From a bacterium (GTDB lineage: Bacteria; UBA8248; JACPRG01; G963555815): DNA of 64,000 bases. Position 1 is the first letter of the stretch. The number at the start of each line of letters is the position of its first letter. A program made the translations under genes and the position numbers. The notes beneath the pieces were generated by a model. That model was not told the origin of the DNA, did not search any database, and saw only the letters and a program-made list of their open reading frames with translations. Positions 42,433-53,176 of the stretch are shown in pieces. The stretch lies in contig OZ244653.1 of NCBI GenBank assembly GCA_965218795.1, forward strand, positions 3,840,001 to 3,904,000, given 5' to 3'.

Positions 42433-44691
42433 TCAGAGGGATTTCAGGATCTTTTCAGCGGTCAGCGGCAGGTCTTTCAGCCGGACCCCGACGGCGTGAT
42501 AAATGGCGTTCGCGGTCGCCGCGGCCGTCGGATTGATCGGGGCCTCGGAACACCCTTTCGCCCCATAGGGGCCGATCGGGTCATGGGACTCGATCAGGAA
42601 AGAGTGAACGGCTGGCGCGAACTCGGCGTTCGGCAAAGAGTAGTCGGCCAGGCTTCCGTTCATCGGCTGACCCCCGGCGTATATCAGGCCCTCGGTGACG
42701 GAATATCCCACCCCCTGGATCACCGCGCCGTGGACCTGCCCGTCCGCAGTGAGGGGATTGAGGACGAATCCCACGTCGTCCGCCGCCCAGATGCTCAGAA
42801 CCTCGATCTGCCCGGTCCGGGTGTCGACCTCCACCTCGACGGCCTGGGCGGTGAACTCGTAACCCGGGGCGAAGTTCCCGTAGAGATCTTTGTCCAGCAC
42901 GAAGTCGTTGGGCGCATCGTAAACACCGTGACCGACAATGGGCCGGCCGTTCCTGCGGATGAGGTTGGACTGGACGGCATCCGCGACGGAGATCTTCCGG
43001 TCCGGAGCGTTCTTCACGGACACCATTCCCTCCTTCAATTGGAGATCCTCCGGCCGGACCTCGAGTTGCTCCGCCGCCGCGGCCAGAATCTGGTTGCGGG
43101 CGTCCTCCGCGGCCATGCGCGCGGCATTGCCGCCGATCATCGTGAGACGGCTTGCATAGGCCCCGAATCCGTAGGGGCTGGTGTCCGTGTCGGCGGAGGA
43201 AACGGCGACCTCCCGTGTTGAGACGCCCAGTTCCTCGGCCACGATCTGGGCGAGCACGGTCTTGGATCCCTGTCCGATGTCTCCTTCGCTGCAGACCAGG
43301 CCCACTCCCCCGTCCTCGTTCACCTTCACGTCCATGCAAGCGCCGTCCCAGTCGCCGTAGACCCGGGCCCCGCTCGTATGGATGGCGCATGCGATCCCGA
43401 TGCCCCGCCGCCGATCGCCGGTTTCCCTCCGCGCGCGTTTTTTCTCCCAGCCGCATGCCTCCATCACCTGCCGGATGCAGCGATCCATTTCACAGGACTC
43501 GATCCTCCACCCATGGACGGTCGTGTCGCCCTTCTGGGTGGAATTCTTCAGGCGAAGATCGGCCGGGTCCATGTCGATGGCCTCGGCCAATGCGTCCAGG
43601 TGCTGTTCCATGGCGAAGCCCATCTGCGGGTTTCCGTAACCGCGGAACGCCCCCTTTGGAGTGGTGTGCGTATAGACCAGGAGACCCTCGGTGTGGATAT
43701 TCGCCTGCCGGTAATGGTTATCCATCCGCATGGAGCCCGCGCTGAGGATCCCAAGGCATTTCCCGACGTAGCACCCCGTGTCCGCGATCATCCGGCACTC
43801 CTTCGCCTGGATCTCCCCGGATTTCCTGATTCCCATCTTGAGCTGAATCGTCATGGGAACCCGCGGCCGGCCGGCCTGAAATTCCTCCAGGCGCGTATTC
43901 AGGAGCCGGACGGGAGCGCCGGCTTCCCCGGCGAGCAGGGCCGCGATCATGGCGAGCGGCTCATCCACGTATTTCCCGCCGAAACCGCCGCCCACGGCGG
44001 ACTGGATGACCCTTACGTTGGAGATCGGGACGCCGATGGCCTTGGCGATTTTCTTTCGCGCGTAGAAGATGGCCTGGCAGGGCGTCCAGACGGTCAGCCG
44101 TCCATCCGCACCCCACTGGGCGAGGGCGCCGACGGGTTCCATGTAGGCCTGGGAGACCACGGAAGTCCGGTACGTATCTTCCAAGACCACGTCCGCATCC
44201 CGGAATCCCGCCTCCGCGTCCCCCCGGTTGAACTCAATCCGTGCGGCCAGGTTTCCGTCTTCATGGACCTTGGGAGCGTCAGGCTCCAGGGCCAGGTCCA
44301 TGTCGAGGGTCGCCGGGAGGGGCTCGTACTCCACGTCGATCAGCTCCAGGGCGTCCAGGGCCGTCGCCTCATCCACGGCGGCCACCGCCGCCACCTCATG
44401 ACCGGTATACAGGACCCGATCGACCGCCAGCGTTGTCTGGTCGTCGATGACGGACCCCCACGGGGCGGAGGGCGCATCCGCGCCGGTCAGGACGGCCTTG
44501 ACGCCCTGAAGCCTTTTCGCGCGGGATGTGTCGATGCGGGCGATTCGCGCGTGGGGGAGGGGGCTTCTGAGCACCTTGGCGTGGAGCATACGGGGCAGCG
44601 TCATGTCGGCGACGTAGTTCTGGCTGCCCGTTACCTTGAAAGGCGCGTCAAGCATCGGTGTCGGTTTGCCAATGACGGAATATTCAGGCAT
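42433..44691 (-). CDS. Xanthine dehydrogenase-family molybdopterin-binding subunit (4-hydroxybenzoyl-CoA reductase alpha-like)
   Basis: KVTG...YVAD, VGGGFGGK, AFRGYG.PQ, DIGQGS.T, GQVHG..IQG.G, GAKG.SE. Confidence 0.93.
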   Translation of the reverse strand: MPEYSVIGKPTPMLDAPFKVTGSQNYVADMTLPRMLHAKVLRSPLPHARIARIDTSRAKRLQGVKAVLTGADAPSAPWGSVIDDQTTLAVDRVLYTGHEVAAVAAVDEATALDALELIDVEYEPLPATLDMDLALEPDAPKVHEDGNLAARIEFNRGDAEAGFRDADVVLEDTYRTSVVSQAYMEPVGALAQWGADGRLTVWTPCQAIFYARKKIAKAIGVPISNVRVIQSAVGGGFGGKYVDEPLAMIAALLAGEAGAPVRLLNTRLEEFQAGRPRVPMTIQLKMGIRKSGEIQAKECRMIADTGCYVGKCLGILSAGSMRMDNHYRQANIHTEGLLVYTHTTPKGAFRGYGNPQMGFAMEQHLDALAEAIDMDPADLRLKNSTQKGDTTVHGWRIESCEMDRCIRQVMEACGWEKKRARRETGDRRRGIGIACAIHTSGARVYGDWDGACMDVKVNEDGGVGLVCSEGDIGQGSKTVLAQIVAEELGVSTREVAVSSADTDTSPYGFGAYASRLTMIGGNAARMAAEDARNQILAAAAEQLEVRPEDLQLKEGMVSVKNAPDRKISVADAVQSNLIRRNGRPIVGHGVYDAPNDFVLDKDLYGNFAPGYEFTAQAVEVEVDTRTGQIEVLSIWAADDVGFVLNPLTADGQVHGAVIQGVGYSVTEGLIYAGGQPMNGSLADYSLPNAEFAPAVHSFLIESHDPIGPYGAKGCSEAPINPTAAATANAIYHAVGVRLKDLPLTAEKILKSL

Positions 44692-44759
44692 GGATTTTTC
44701 CACCCTATTTCCAAGTGGCGTTGAGGCTCACTGTCCGGTATGGATCGGACGGTGAGCGG

Positions 44760-45845
44760 CTAATTGATACGCTCCTCCGTCTTCCGGTCGAAGAGGTGGA
44801 GATGTTCCGGAGCGAAAGCGAGGCAAGCCCGCTCCCCCGGCTTCCGCTGCGTCCCAGGCGGAGATAGCGCGCGGACGACCTCGCCGCCAACCTGGTAATA
44901 GAGTATGGTCTCCGCACCCAGCGGCTCCAAAAGAGACAGCTCGGCGGGAATCCCTTCGGCCGAAGGCGGCTCGATCCGCAGGTGTTCGGCGCGAATGCCC
45001 ATCAGCAGCTCGGGATCTTTCAAGCGTCCGTTCAATGAATCCTGAACTCCAGGTACGTTCACCTGGAACCCCGGCCCCTCCAGGCGCGCCAAAGGACCCT
45101 CCGTCTTCAAAGTGCAGGGCAGAAAATTCATCCCGGGGCTGCCCATGAATTCCCCGACATAGCGGGTCTTGGGACGATGATAGACCGCTTGCGGCGGCCC
45201 GACCTGGTGAATGACGCCTTCGTGGATCACGGCCAGCCGATCGCCCATGGAGAGGGCCTCCGTATGGTCGTGCGTGGTGTACACGAACGTTTCCCGGAGG
45301 TCCATCTGCAATCTCTTGAGCTCGGAGCGCATGTTCAACCGGATGAGAGCGTCCAGGTTGGCCAGGGGTTCGTCCAGCAGAAAGAGATCCGGCCTTCGGA
45401 CCATCGCCCGGGCCAGAGCCACCCGCTGGCGTTCCCCGCCGCTGTAGGTCGCCGGTTTTCGGCCCAGCAAGGGGAGAATCCGCAGGGTATCCGCCACATC
45501 CTCAACCCGTCTCCTGATCTCGGATTCGCGCAGTTTCGCCTTCCGTAAAGGGGAAGCGATGTTCTCGTAGCCCGTCCGGTTCGGATAGAGCGCGAGGTTC
45601 TCGAACACCATGGCGACGTTGCGATCGCGGGGATGGACGCGAAACATCGAACGGCCGTCGTAGGCGACTTCACCGGCGTCGGCTTCGGTCAGACCCGCAA
45701 TGATCCGGAGAAGCGTCGTTTTCCCCGCGCCGGGAGGGCCGACGAGGCAGAAGAACTCCCCTTGGGGGATCTTCAATGAGATGTCCCGGAGCGCCTGGGT
45801 TGTACCGAAGCGTTTCGAAATTCCATTGACTTCGAGACTCGCCAT
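44760..45845 (-). CDS. CUT1-type ABC importer ATP-binding subunit
   Basis: GPPGAGKTT, YSGGERQR, LLDEPLANLD, TOBE domain. Confidence 0.93.
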   Translation of the reverse strand: MASLEVNGISKRFGTTQALRDISLKIPQGEFFCLVGPPGAGKTTLLRIIAGLTEADAGEVAYDGRSMFRVHPRDRNVAMVFENLALYPNRTGYENIASPLRKAKLRESEIRRRVEDVADTLRILPLLGRKPATYSGGERQRVALARAMVRRPDLFLLDEPLANLDALIRLNMRSELKRLQMDLRETFVYTTHDHTEALSMGDRLAVIHEGVIHQVGPPQAVYHRPKTRYVGEFMGSPGMNFLPCTLKTEGPLARLEGPGFQVNVPGVQDSLNGRLKDPELLMGIRAEHLRIEPPSAEGIPAELSLLEPLGAETILYYQVGGEVVRALSPPGTQRKPGERACLAFAPEHLHLFDRKTEERIN

Positions 45846-45870
45846 GAAGAGGGGTTCTCCCGAATCGAGC

Positions 45871-46968
45871 CTAAAGTTCTTCGGCCAACGAGTTTCCGGT
45901 CTCCGCATCAAAAAATCGAAGCGCGTCCCGGTTGAACCGGAGGCCGATATTCTGTCCGCTCGCGAAATCCGCCTGCTCCGGGCCTTGTGCGCGCAGAACG
46001 TCCCCGCCGATCTGAACGCTCAAGAGAGTTCGCCGGCCCAGCTTTTCCGCGAGGACGACCTGGCCGGGGATTCCTTCTTTCGCGCCGCCGTTTCCAATCG
46101 GTTCGATTTGCTCCGGCCGGATCCCGAGGATGATTTTCCGGGATTCACGATTTGCGCGTCCTGATCCGGCGCCATCGATCGGACAACGAAACCCGGGACT
46201 GTCAAACCAGAAATCCCCACCTTCGGATCGGATCGTCCCTTCGACGAAATTCATCGGCGGGTTCCCGATGAACCCGGCAACGAAAAGGTTGGCCGGCCGA
46301 TGATACACCTCGTCGGGCGGTCCGACCTGCTGGAGGACGCCGAGATTCATAATGGCGATGTTGTCCGCCAACGACATGGCTTCCAATTGGTCATGGGTCA
46401 CGTAAATGACGGTTTGCCGCAAGTCTTTCTGGAGCCGTTTGAGCTCGGCCCGCATGGTGTCTCGGACCGAAGCATCCAAATTGCTCAGAGGTTCATCCAG
46501 TATGAGAAGGGCCGGCCGGGTGATGAGCGTCCGGGCCAGGGCCACGCGCTGCATATCGCTCAGGGAAAGACGACCGGCCTTGGCGTTCAGCAGATGGGAC
46601 AGGTGGAGGAGTTCCGCCAACCGGTCGACTTCCTTCCGGAGATCCTCCCGGGAGGATCCCTGAATCTCCAATCCGAAGGCGATGTTCCGGTAGACGGTCA
46701 TGTGGAGAAAGAGCGCATAGCTCTGAAAGACGAGGCCGACGTTCCGTGCACGGGGGGGAAGATGGTTCACGGCGACGTTGCCGAACCGTATCGTTCCGGA
46801 CGTGGGATTTTCGAGACCCGCAAGACAATGAAGGGTCGTCGTCTTTCCGCACCCCGAGGGGCCCAGAAGGCACAGGCATTCGCCTTCCTCCACCGTGAGG
46901 GTCAAATCGACAACGGCCTTCACCTCCCCAAAAAATTTGTGCAGTCCCTCCACGGCCACTCTGGTCAT
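45871..46968 (-). CDS. CUT1-type ABC importer ATP-binding subunit
   Basis: GPSGCGKTT, degenerate signature LSLSDMQR, ILDEPLSNLD. Confidence 0.93.
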   Translation of the reverse strand: MTRVAVEGLHKFFGEVKAVVDLTLTVEEGECLCLLGPSGCGKTTTLHCLAGLENPTSGTIRFGNVAVNHLPPRARNVGLVFQSYALFLHMTVYRNIAFGLEIQGSSREDLRKEVDRLAELLHLSHLLNAKAGRLSLSDMQRVALARTLITRPALLILDEPLSNLDASVRDTMRAELKRLQKDLRQTVIYVTHDQLEAMSLADNIAIMNLGVLQQVGPPDEVYHRPANLFVAGFIGNPPMNFVEGTIRSEGGDFWFDSPGFRCPIDGAGSGRANRESRKIILGIRPEQIEPIGNGGAKEGIPGQVVLAEKLGRRTLLSVQIGGDVLRAQGPEQADFASGQNIGLRFNRDALRFFDAETGNSLAEEL

Positions 46969-46978
46969 CGCCGAGCCC

Positions 46979-47836
46979 CTAGCCCCCCTTCACCGCGCCG
47001 AACGTGATGCCGCGGACGAAGTGTTTCTGGATCAGATAGCCGATAATCACGACCGGAATGGTGGCGACGACCGACAGCGCCGAGACCGGCCCCAGCATGA
47101 GACCCATGTTGGAGAAGTATTTCTGCAGCTGGACGGGTACCGTGAACGCTTTGGAGTGCGTGAAGATGAGCGCGAAGAGAAACTCTCCCCAGTTCAGAAT
47201 CAGCACGAACAACGCGGAGGCCAACAGGGGTCCCCGGACGAGGGGGAGGATGATTTTGAACAGGATCTCCCACTCCGCGTAGCCCTCCAGGATGGCCGCT
47301 TCTTCCAATTCCAGCGGAATTTCATCGATGAAACCCTTCATCATCCAGACGACGTAGGAGAGGGTCACCCCCGCGTACATGATGATCAGTCCAATGTGCT
47401 GATCGACCAAACCGAGGCTCGAGTACATCAACAGCAACGGGACGGCGACGGCAATGGGCGGAAGCATCCGTGTTTGAAGAATGAAGATGAACAACTGGGT
47501 CCCCCCCGTTCGGTATCGGGAGATGCTGTAAGCTGCGAGGAAGCCCGCAAAGGCCGCGATCACGGTGGAGAGGACGGCCACGATCAAGCTGTTCACGAAG
47601 GGAAGGATCGCCGGCGTTGAGAAACCGCCCATCCGGGCGATGGAATCGACCGGCTTCACCAGCACCCGGTAGTTGTCGAACGTCATCGTTTTGGAAATCC
47701 AGACCGGCGGCTTCATGAACCACTCATGGGGCGGTTTCACCGAGGAGGAGACGAGCCAAAACACCGGGAACAGGACCGCCGCCATGATGAGCAAGACCAG
47801 AACGTAATCGATGATCCGACCCAGCGTCGCCCGCAT
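46979..47836 (-). CDS. CUT1-type ABC importer permease
   Basis: IP.ELEEAA..EG EAA loop, WGEFLFA. Confidence 0.93.
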   Translation of the reverse strand: MRATLGRIIDYVLVLLIMAAVLFPVFWLVSSSVKPPHEWFMKPPVWISKTMTFDNYRVLVKPVDSIARMGGFSTPAILPFVNSLIVAVLSTVIAAFAGFLAAYSISRYRTGGTQLFIFILQTRMLPPIAVAVPLLLMYSSLGLVDQHIGLIIMYAGVTLSYVVWMMKGFIDEIPLELEEAAILEGYAEWEILFKIILPLVRGPLLASALFVLILNWGEFLFALIFTHSKAFTVPVQLQKYFSNMGLMLGPVSALSVVATIPVVIIGYLIQKHFVRGITFGAVKGG

Positions 47837-47843
47837 GATTCCG

Positions 47844-48797
47844 CTACTCCTGGCCGGCCGGTTGAAGGAGGGGCCGGGCCACGAAGATCACCACCAGCGT
47901 AATGGCAATCATGATCATGATGGCGCCCGCGCCGATGTACGCCAGGCGGCCAAAGGAGAACCCCTGGAGGTACATGTAGATGGAGATCGTCTCGGTCGCC
48001 GTTCCGGGGCCGCCCCCGGTCATGATGAAGGGGACGTCGAACAGCTTGAAGACCTCGAGGCTCCGAATGACGAGGGTCAGATAAACCACGGGTTTCAGCA
48101 TGGGGAGGGTGATCCGGCGGAACACCTGCCACTCCGTGGCGCCCAGTACGCGGGCGGCCTTCAAGGGCTCCTCCGGTAGGGTCAGCAATCCGGAATAGAG
48201 GATGATGAACATGAACGGTGTCCATTGCCAGACGTCCGCCAGGATGACGGCCGCCAATGCCGTGGACGGATTTTTCAGCCAATCGATGGCGAAGTCCGTT
48301 CCGGTCAGGTACCGCAGGATGTCGTTGATCGGTCCGTCACGATAGAAAAGCGTGAAAAAGTTGTACCCGACCACCGCCGGCAGGATCATCATCGGAATGA
48401 GAAGAAGCGAGACGTAGAGCTTCCGTCCCCAGAGGTCCCAACGCGAGGCGAAGAAAACGGCGAAGGCCAAGCCCAGGAGGAACTCCAAAGGAACCGCGAC
48501 GACCGTGATGAGAAGCGTCCGGCCGACCGAGGCCAGAAACCGATCGTCCCGAAGAATTTCGATGTAGTTCTCCAGACCGACGAACTCTCCGTTCCACCAA
48601 TCGCCCATCAAGGGCGTCCAGGAGGTCATGCTCAGATAGAGCAGGAGAACGCCCGGGACGATCAGAAGAAAGCAGAGGATGGCCTCCATGGGGAGAATCA
48701 GGAGGACCTTCCACGGGCAGAGACGCACCAATCCCCGCCACAGGCCTCCTTCCTTTCCTCCCCGTTCCCCGTGGAGACCGATTCGGGCTACTTCCAT
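47844..48797 (-). CDS. CUT1-type ABC importer permease
   Basis: DVWQWTPF, EAA-like KAARVLGA, TGGGPG.ATET; start uncertain. Confidence 0.93.
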   Translation of the reverse strand: MEVARIGLHGERGGKEGGLWRGLVRLCPWKVLLILPMEAILCFLLIVPGVLLLYLSMTSWTPLMGDWWNGEFVGLENYIEILRDDRFLASVGRTLLITVVAVPLEFLLGLAFAVFFASRWDLWGRKLYVSLLLIPMMILPAVVGYNFFTLFYRDGPINDILRYLTGTDFAIDWLKNPSTALAAVILADVWQWTPFMFIILYSGLLTLPEEPLKAARVLGATEWQVFRRITLPMLKPVVYLTLVIRSLEVFKLFDVPFIMTGGGPGTATETISIYMYLQGFSFGRLAYIGAGAIMIMIAITLVVIFVARPLLQPAGQE

Positions 48798-50227
48798 AGG
48801 TCTCGGATGACCTTGGGAAACTGGTTTTGGATGACGGCCCATTGCTCTCGGGCGTGTTTCTTCCCGTACCGCTTGATGGTCTTGGCCCAGTTCTTCGCCG
48901 CCTCGTCCAGCGCTTCCTTGGCGGTCAGTTTGCCAACCGCGGAAGAGTTCAGCGAGATCGACAGGGAGTTCATCAGCTCGTTGAATCCCCGAAGCAGAAG
49001 GGGCGGCGCCGAGACGGGAATGGCCTCCCGGATGACTTCCAGTTCCCCGTCGGGATATTTCTTGGCGATCGGCTTATGTTTGAAGTGACAGCTTCGAAAC
49101 GGATCGAAGGCCCCCGGCTGGGTAATTCCTTCCAGGCTCATCTTGGGACTGTTCACATACTGAAGGAAGAGATAGGCCAGCTCCGGGTTTTTCGAGTGGC
49201 GCGAAACGATGGCGCCGTATCCGCTGACGAACGCCGAGGTCTGGACCCGCTTCCCGTTGACGACGGTGGCCGGGGGAAGCGCCGCGACGATCTTTCCCTT
49301 CGTCTTGCTGTTGGGGAACAGTGTGAACGCCCCCAATGACGGCCAGGCCATCGCGGAGTAGGCTCTCCCCCCGGGGAATTGCGAGTAGAGCACGCTCCAG
49401 TCGCCGGTGATCGTAATCGTGTCCATATTCTTGTTGAGGGCGTTCATCTCCTCAACGACCGAGACGCCGATGGCCGAATTGAACGTTGGATTCATGTCGG
49501 CATCGAAGACCTTCCCGCCTTTCTGATAGAAGCGGATGAAGAATTCGTTGGACATCTGATTCTTGTTCCGGAACAGCCAAGCCCCCCGCAGGTTCGGGGG
49601 CCGATCGAAGAAGGCGACCTGATCCCCGTATTCCTTCCACGTTTTCGGAACGTCCAGGTCATACCCGTATTTCTTTTTGAACGCGGCCTTCTCTTTCGGG
49701 TCGGTCAGCAGATCTTTTCGGAGGAAGAGCAGCCAGATATCTCCATCCGTCATCCACCCGTAATATTTCCCCCGGACGTTGCCGTACAGGTGAAGAGGCC
49801 AGAGGACGCCGCAGTCCCCCCCGGGTCCCCATTCCGGATCGTGCTTTTTCATCCATCCGTTCAGCTCGGCCGCCAAACCCGCGGATGCAAAATCGGCGAT
49901 AAAGTCCGTGAGGCTGGTAATGATGTCCCACGTTCCGCTCTTGGCCACGGCCTCCTGCATGCCCTTGATGTACGTATCGGGAAAGTTGAGTTCTACGAAC
50001 TTGACGGGGATTCCCGTTTCCTTTTCCCAGGCCTTGGCGGCGGGAGCCCATTGGGCCTTGGTGGCCGTCAGCTGCATGATGGTCAGCGTTGTCCCCGCCG
50101 GGGCCTTCTTGGCAAGGGCCTTGGCGGCTTTCACCGCGCGATCGGCCGCCCCCGCGAAGGCGAACGAGGCCGTGAACATGATCGCCCACGCGACCGCGAC
50201 GACACCGGCAATCCCTGATCGCTTCAT
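48788..50227 (-). CDS. ABC importer extracellular solute-binding protein
   Basis: Signal peptide, WEKETGI.V, RKDL, P.TW.EY; first gene of the CUT1 operon. Confidence 0.9.
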   Translation of the reverse strand: MKRSGIAGVVAVAWAIMFTASFAFAGAADRAVKAAKALAKKAPAGTTLTIMQLTATKAQWAPAAKAWEKETGIPVKFVELNFPDTYIKGMQEAVAKSGTWDIITSLTDFIADFASAGLAAELNGWMKKHDPEWGPGGDCGVLWPLHLYGNVRGKYYGWMTDGDIWLLFLRKDLLTDPKEKAAFKKKYGYDLDVPKTWKEYGDQVAFFDRPPNLRGAWLFRNKNQMSNEFFIRFYQKGGKVFDADMNPTFNSAIGVSVVEEMNALNKNMDTITITGDWSVLYSQFPGGRAYSAMAWPSLGAFTLFPNSKTKGKIVAALPPATVVNGKRVQTSAFVSGYGAIVSRHSKNPELAYLFLQYVNSPKMSLEGITQPGAFDPFRSCHFKHKPIAKKYPDGELEVIREAIPVSAPPLLLRGFNELMNSLSISLNSSAVGKLTAKEALDEAAKNWAKTIKRYGKKHAREQWAVIQNQFPKVIRDLWK

Positions 50228-50651
50228 GGTGTTTTCTCCTCCTGCCGCCTCTCGCAACAAAGAGCGGCGAAAGGGCTGGGGCTCGCCCCGCCCGGGGCAT
50301 TCGCACCGGAACGGGGGCCTTCAACAGCGGAAGTCCGCTCAGGCCCACTCTCCTGAATGGATTGGAATTTTTTCTGAGTGTAACAGGGAACCGGAAAATC
50401 GTCAATTGCAGGGGATTCGAGGGGCCCATCGGGATGGGGGATGCCGCCGGAGGGACCGAGGGGAATCCTTCTGCTGCGATGGGGAGTCTTCCGCCTGGAT
50501 GGAGCTGATTTGGAGCGGTTCCGAGGCGCCGCGCAATATGGGAATGATAGGCTTGACGAGCCAGGGGTATCATTCTCACGGAGATTCCCGTGGGCCCGTA
50601 TCTCGCCTCGAGATCGTCAGGCGCCGCGCAAGTCGATTTCTCCATCGAGAT

Positions 50652-50925
50652 GGATTCCCGCTCAGGTCGGGGAGTGGATTCCTGCTTGCGCAGGAATGAC
50701 AAATGGCAAACGAGGCCCGCGCCCAACAGCCTGTCATTGCCGCGGGGCTTGTCCCCGAAGGCTTGGGTCGGGGGCGGGAATGGCAACCAGAACCATGCCG
50801 ATCCCCCAGCGAGCCCGCCCCCCGATAGGCGCACTCGGGGGTCATTCCCGCGGAAGCATGTCCTCGAATGCTTCACTCGGGGGCGGGAATCCAGAAAAAC
50901 ATGTCCCCGAGTGCGCCTATCGGGG
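50652..50925. repeat. REP/REPIN-like palindromic cluster
   Basis: GTCATTCCCGCG...GCGGGAATCC-type units in both orientations; perfect 21-bp inverted repeat 50820-50840/50905-50925. Confidence 0.75.
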
Positions 50926-51320
50926 AAGACCTGGCTCGTCAAGCGTATTATTTCCCGCAATATCGCGTTCCCGGCGGTCCTGTATTCCGTTGTAACCTGG
51001 ACGGGCGTACCCGCTCGGTCTGTCCGGCTCATGGGATGGCCCTTCGGGTCTCCAGGGAGCCGGGTCGCGCCGTTCGCAGTCAATGCCCCATGCCGGCGTC
51101 CTGATGATTCTCTGCTCGATGACCGGTCTTTGGACCCTTTCGCGGCCGATCATCAAAGCGGGTTGAGGGCGGCAAAGGAGGCTCCTGGTGGAATGGCTTG
51201 AATCCGCCCGGTATAATGCGTCCATTCTCATATCCCGTATTGCCGCTCGAGCCTCTCCGGTCATTGGGTGGGGGGCGGCCTTCCCGCGTGATCGCGGATT
51301 GGATGTCTCGAGGAGATGAA

Positions 51321-53099
51321 ATGAGCCGACAGAAGAGCGAAGTCAGAGACGGAATGCGCATCGATTGGGATGTCCCGATCGAAATGGACGACGGCCTCGT
51401 CGTGCGCGCCGATGTCTATCGGCCGAACGAGAAGGGCCGCTATCCGGTCATCCTGAGCTACGGGCCGTACGCCAAAGGGCTCGCCTTCCAGGAGGGCTAC
51501 AAAGACCAGTGGGATCGGATGGCGGAGCAGCACCCGGACGTGGCGGCGGGCTCGACGAACAAGTACCAGTCCTGGGAGGTCGTCGATCCCGAGAAGTGGG
51601 TTCCGGACGGTTACGTCTGCGTCCGGGTCGATTCGCGGGGGGCCGGCCGCTCGCCGGGATTCATCCAGCACTTCTCCCCCCGGGAGACCAAAGACTTCTA
51701 CGACTGCATCGAGTGGTCCGGAATCCAGCCCTGGAGCAATGGGCGGGTGGGATTGAACGGCATCTCCTATTACGGGATGAACCAGTGGGCGGTGGCCTCG
51801 CTTCAGCCGCCGCACCTGACGGCCATGTGCGTATGGGAAGGCGCCGCCGACTGGTATCGCGACAGCACCCATCATGGGGGGATCCTGTCCACGTTTTGGG
51901 ACAACTGGTACGACATGCAGGTCAAAACGGTGCAGTACGGCCTCGGGGAACGGGGTCCGCGAAGCCGCGTCACGGGCGACTTGGTGTGCGGCCCGGAGAC
52001 CCTTTCGGAGAAGCAGCTCGCCAAAAATCGCGCCGACTTCGGCAATGAGGTCCTGTCGCATCCCATGGACGACGACTACCACAAAGCGCGGTCGCCGGTC
52101 TGGTCGAAGATCATCACACCCTTGCTGACCGCGGGGAACTGGGGGGGGCAGGGGCTGCACCCGCGCGGGAACATCGAAGGGTTCGTCCGTGTCGCCTCGA
52201 AGGAGAAGTGGCTGGAAGTCCACGGGCTGGAGCACTGGACGCATTTCTACACCGACTACGGCGTGAATCTCCAAAAGCGGTTTTTCGACTTCTACCTGAA
52301 AGAGAAGAAGAACGGCTGGAAGCGGAAACAGCCGCGCGTTCAGCTTCAGGTGCGCCACATCGACAAGTTCGTCGAGCGCAAGGAAGAGGAGTGGCCCCTG
52401 AAGCGGACGAGGTGGACGAAGTTCTACCTGAACCCGGCCGACTCGAGCCTGAGCGCGAAGCAGGTGTCGGCCCGGAGGAAAATGACGTATGACGCGCTCG
52501 GGGACGGGCTCACCTTTCTGTCGCCCCCGCTTCTGAAGGAGACCGAGATCACGGGCCCCTCGGCCGCCAGGTTATGGGTCTCCTCCTCGTCGCGGGACGC
52601 GGATTTGTTCCTTGTCCTGCGGGTATTCTCGCCGAACATGGAAGAGGTGGTTTTTCAGGGAGCCCTCGACCCGCATACCCCCATCGCCCAGGGCTGGCTC
52701 CGGGCCTCGCACCGCAAGCTCCACAAGGCGATCAGCAGGGCCTACCGGCCGTATCACGCGCACGACGAGAAACAGCCGCTGAAGCCGGGACAGGCGGTTC
52801 AGCTGGACATCGAGATCTGGCCGACTTGCATCGTCGTTCCGTCCGGCTACCGGATCGCCCTGACCGTTCGCGGGAAGGACTACGAGTATCCCGGCGGCCC
52901 GGGGCAGGGTCTTGCGACGATGAAGAACGTGTTCCGGGGATGCGGGCCGTTCCTCCACGACGATCCTCGTGACCGGCCGAAGAGCGTCTTCGGCGGGAAA
53001 AACTCCCTCCACTTCGGTCCCAACCGGCAGCCGTACGTTCTGTTGCCGATCATCCCGCCGAAACAGGGGAGGGCCGGGGCCCGAAGCGTCCGGGCGTAA
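51321..53099 (+). CDS. CocE/NonD family hydrolase
   Basis: PYAK oxyanion motif, DSRGAGRSPG, QPWSNGRVG..GISY nucleophile elbow, C-terminal jelly roll. Confidence 0.93.
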   Translation: MSRQKSEVRDGMRIDWDVPIEMDDGLVVRADVYRPNEKGRYPVILSYGPYAKGLAFQEGYKDQWDRMAEQHPDVAAGSTNKYQSWEVVDPEKWVPDGYVCVRVDSRGAGRSPGFIQHFSPRETKDFYDCIEWSGIQPWSNGRVGLNGISYYGMNQWAVASLQPPHLTAMCVWEGAADWYRDSTHHGGILSTFWDNWYDMQVKTVQYGLGERGPRSRVTGDLVCGPETLSEKQLAKNRADFGNEVLSHPMDDDYHKARSPVWSKIITPLLTAGNWGGQGLHPRGNIEGFVRVASKEKWLEVHGLEHWTHFYTDYGVNLQKRFFDFYLKEKKNGWKRKQPRVQLQVRHIDKFVERKEEEWPLKRTRWTKFYLNPADSSLSAKQVSARRKMTYDALGDGLTFLSPPLLKETEITGPSAARLWVSSSSRDADLFLVLRVFSPNMEEVVFQGALDPHTPIAQGWLRASHRKLHKAISRAYRPYHAHDEKQPLKPGQAVQLDIEIWPTCIVVPSGYRIALTVRGKDYEYPGGPGQGLATMKNVFRGCGPFLHDDPRDRPKSVFGGKNSLHFGPNRQPYVLLPIIPPKQGRAGARSVRA

Positions 53100-53176
53100 A
53101 TCTTCATTCATCGGCATCCGGCCGGAGGACGCAAGAGGGGCCGGATCCCCGGGATGGCGGCGGACAGGTCTTCCAT

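Noticed and set aside
49659-51201. 474-aa and other ORFs across the 50.3-51.2 kb intergenic region
   Set aside because: Translations of REP palindromes (e.g. IPACAGMT) and off-frame overlap with the SBP gene
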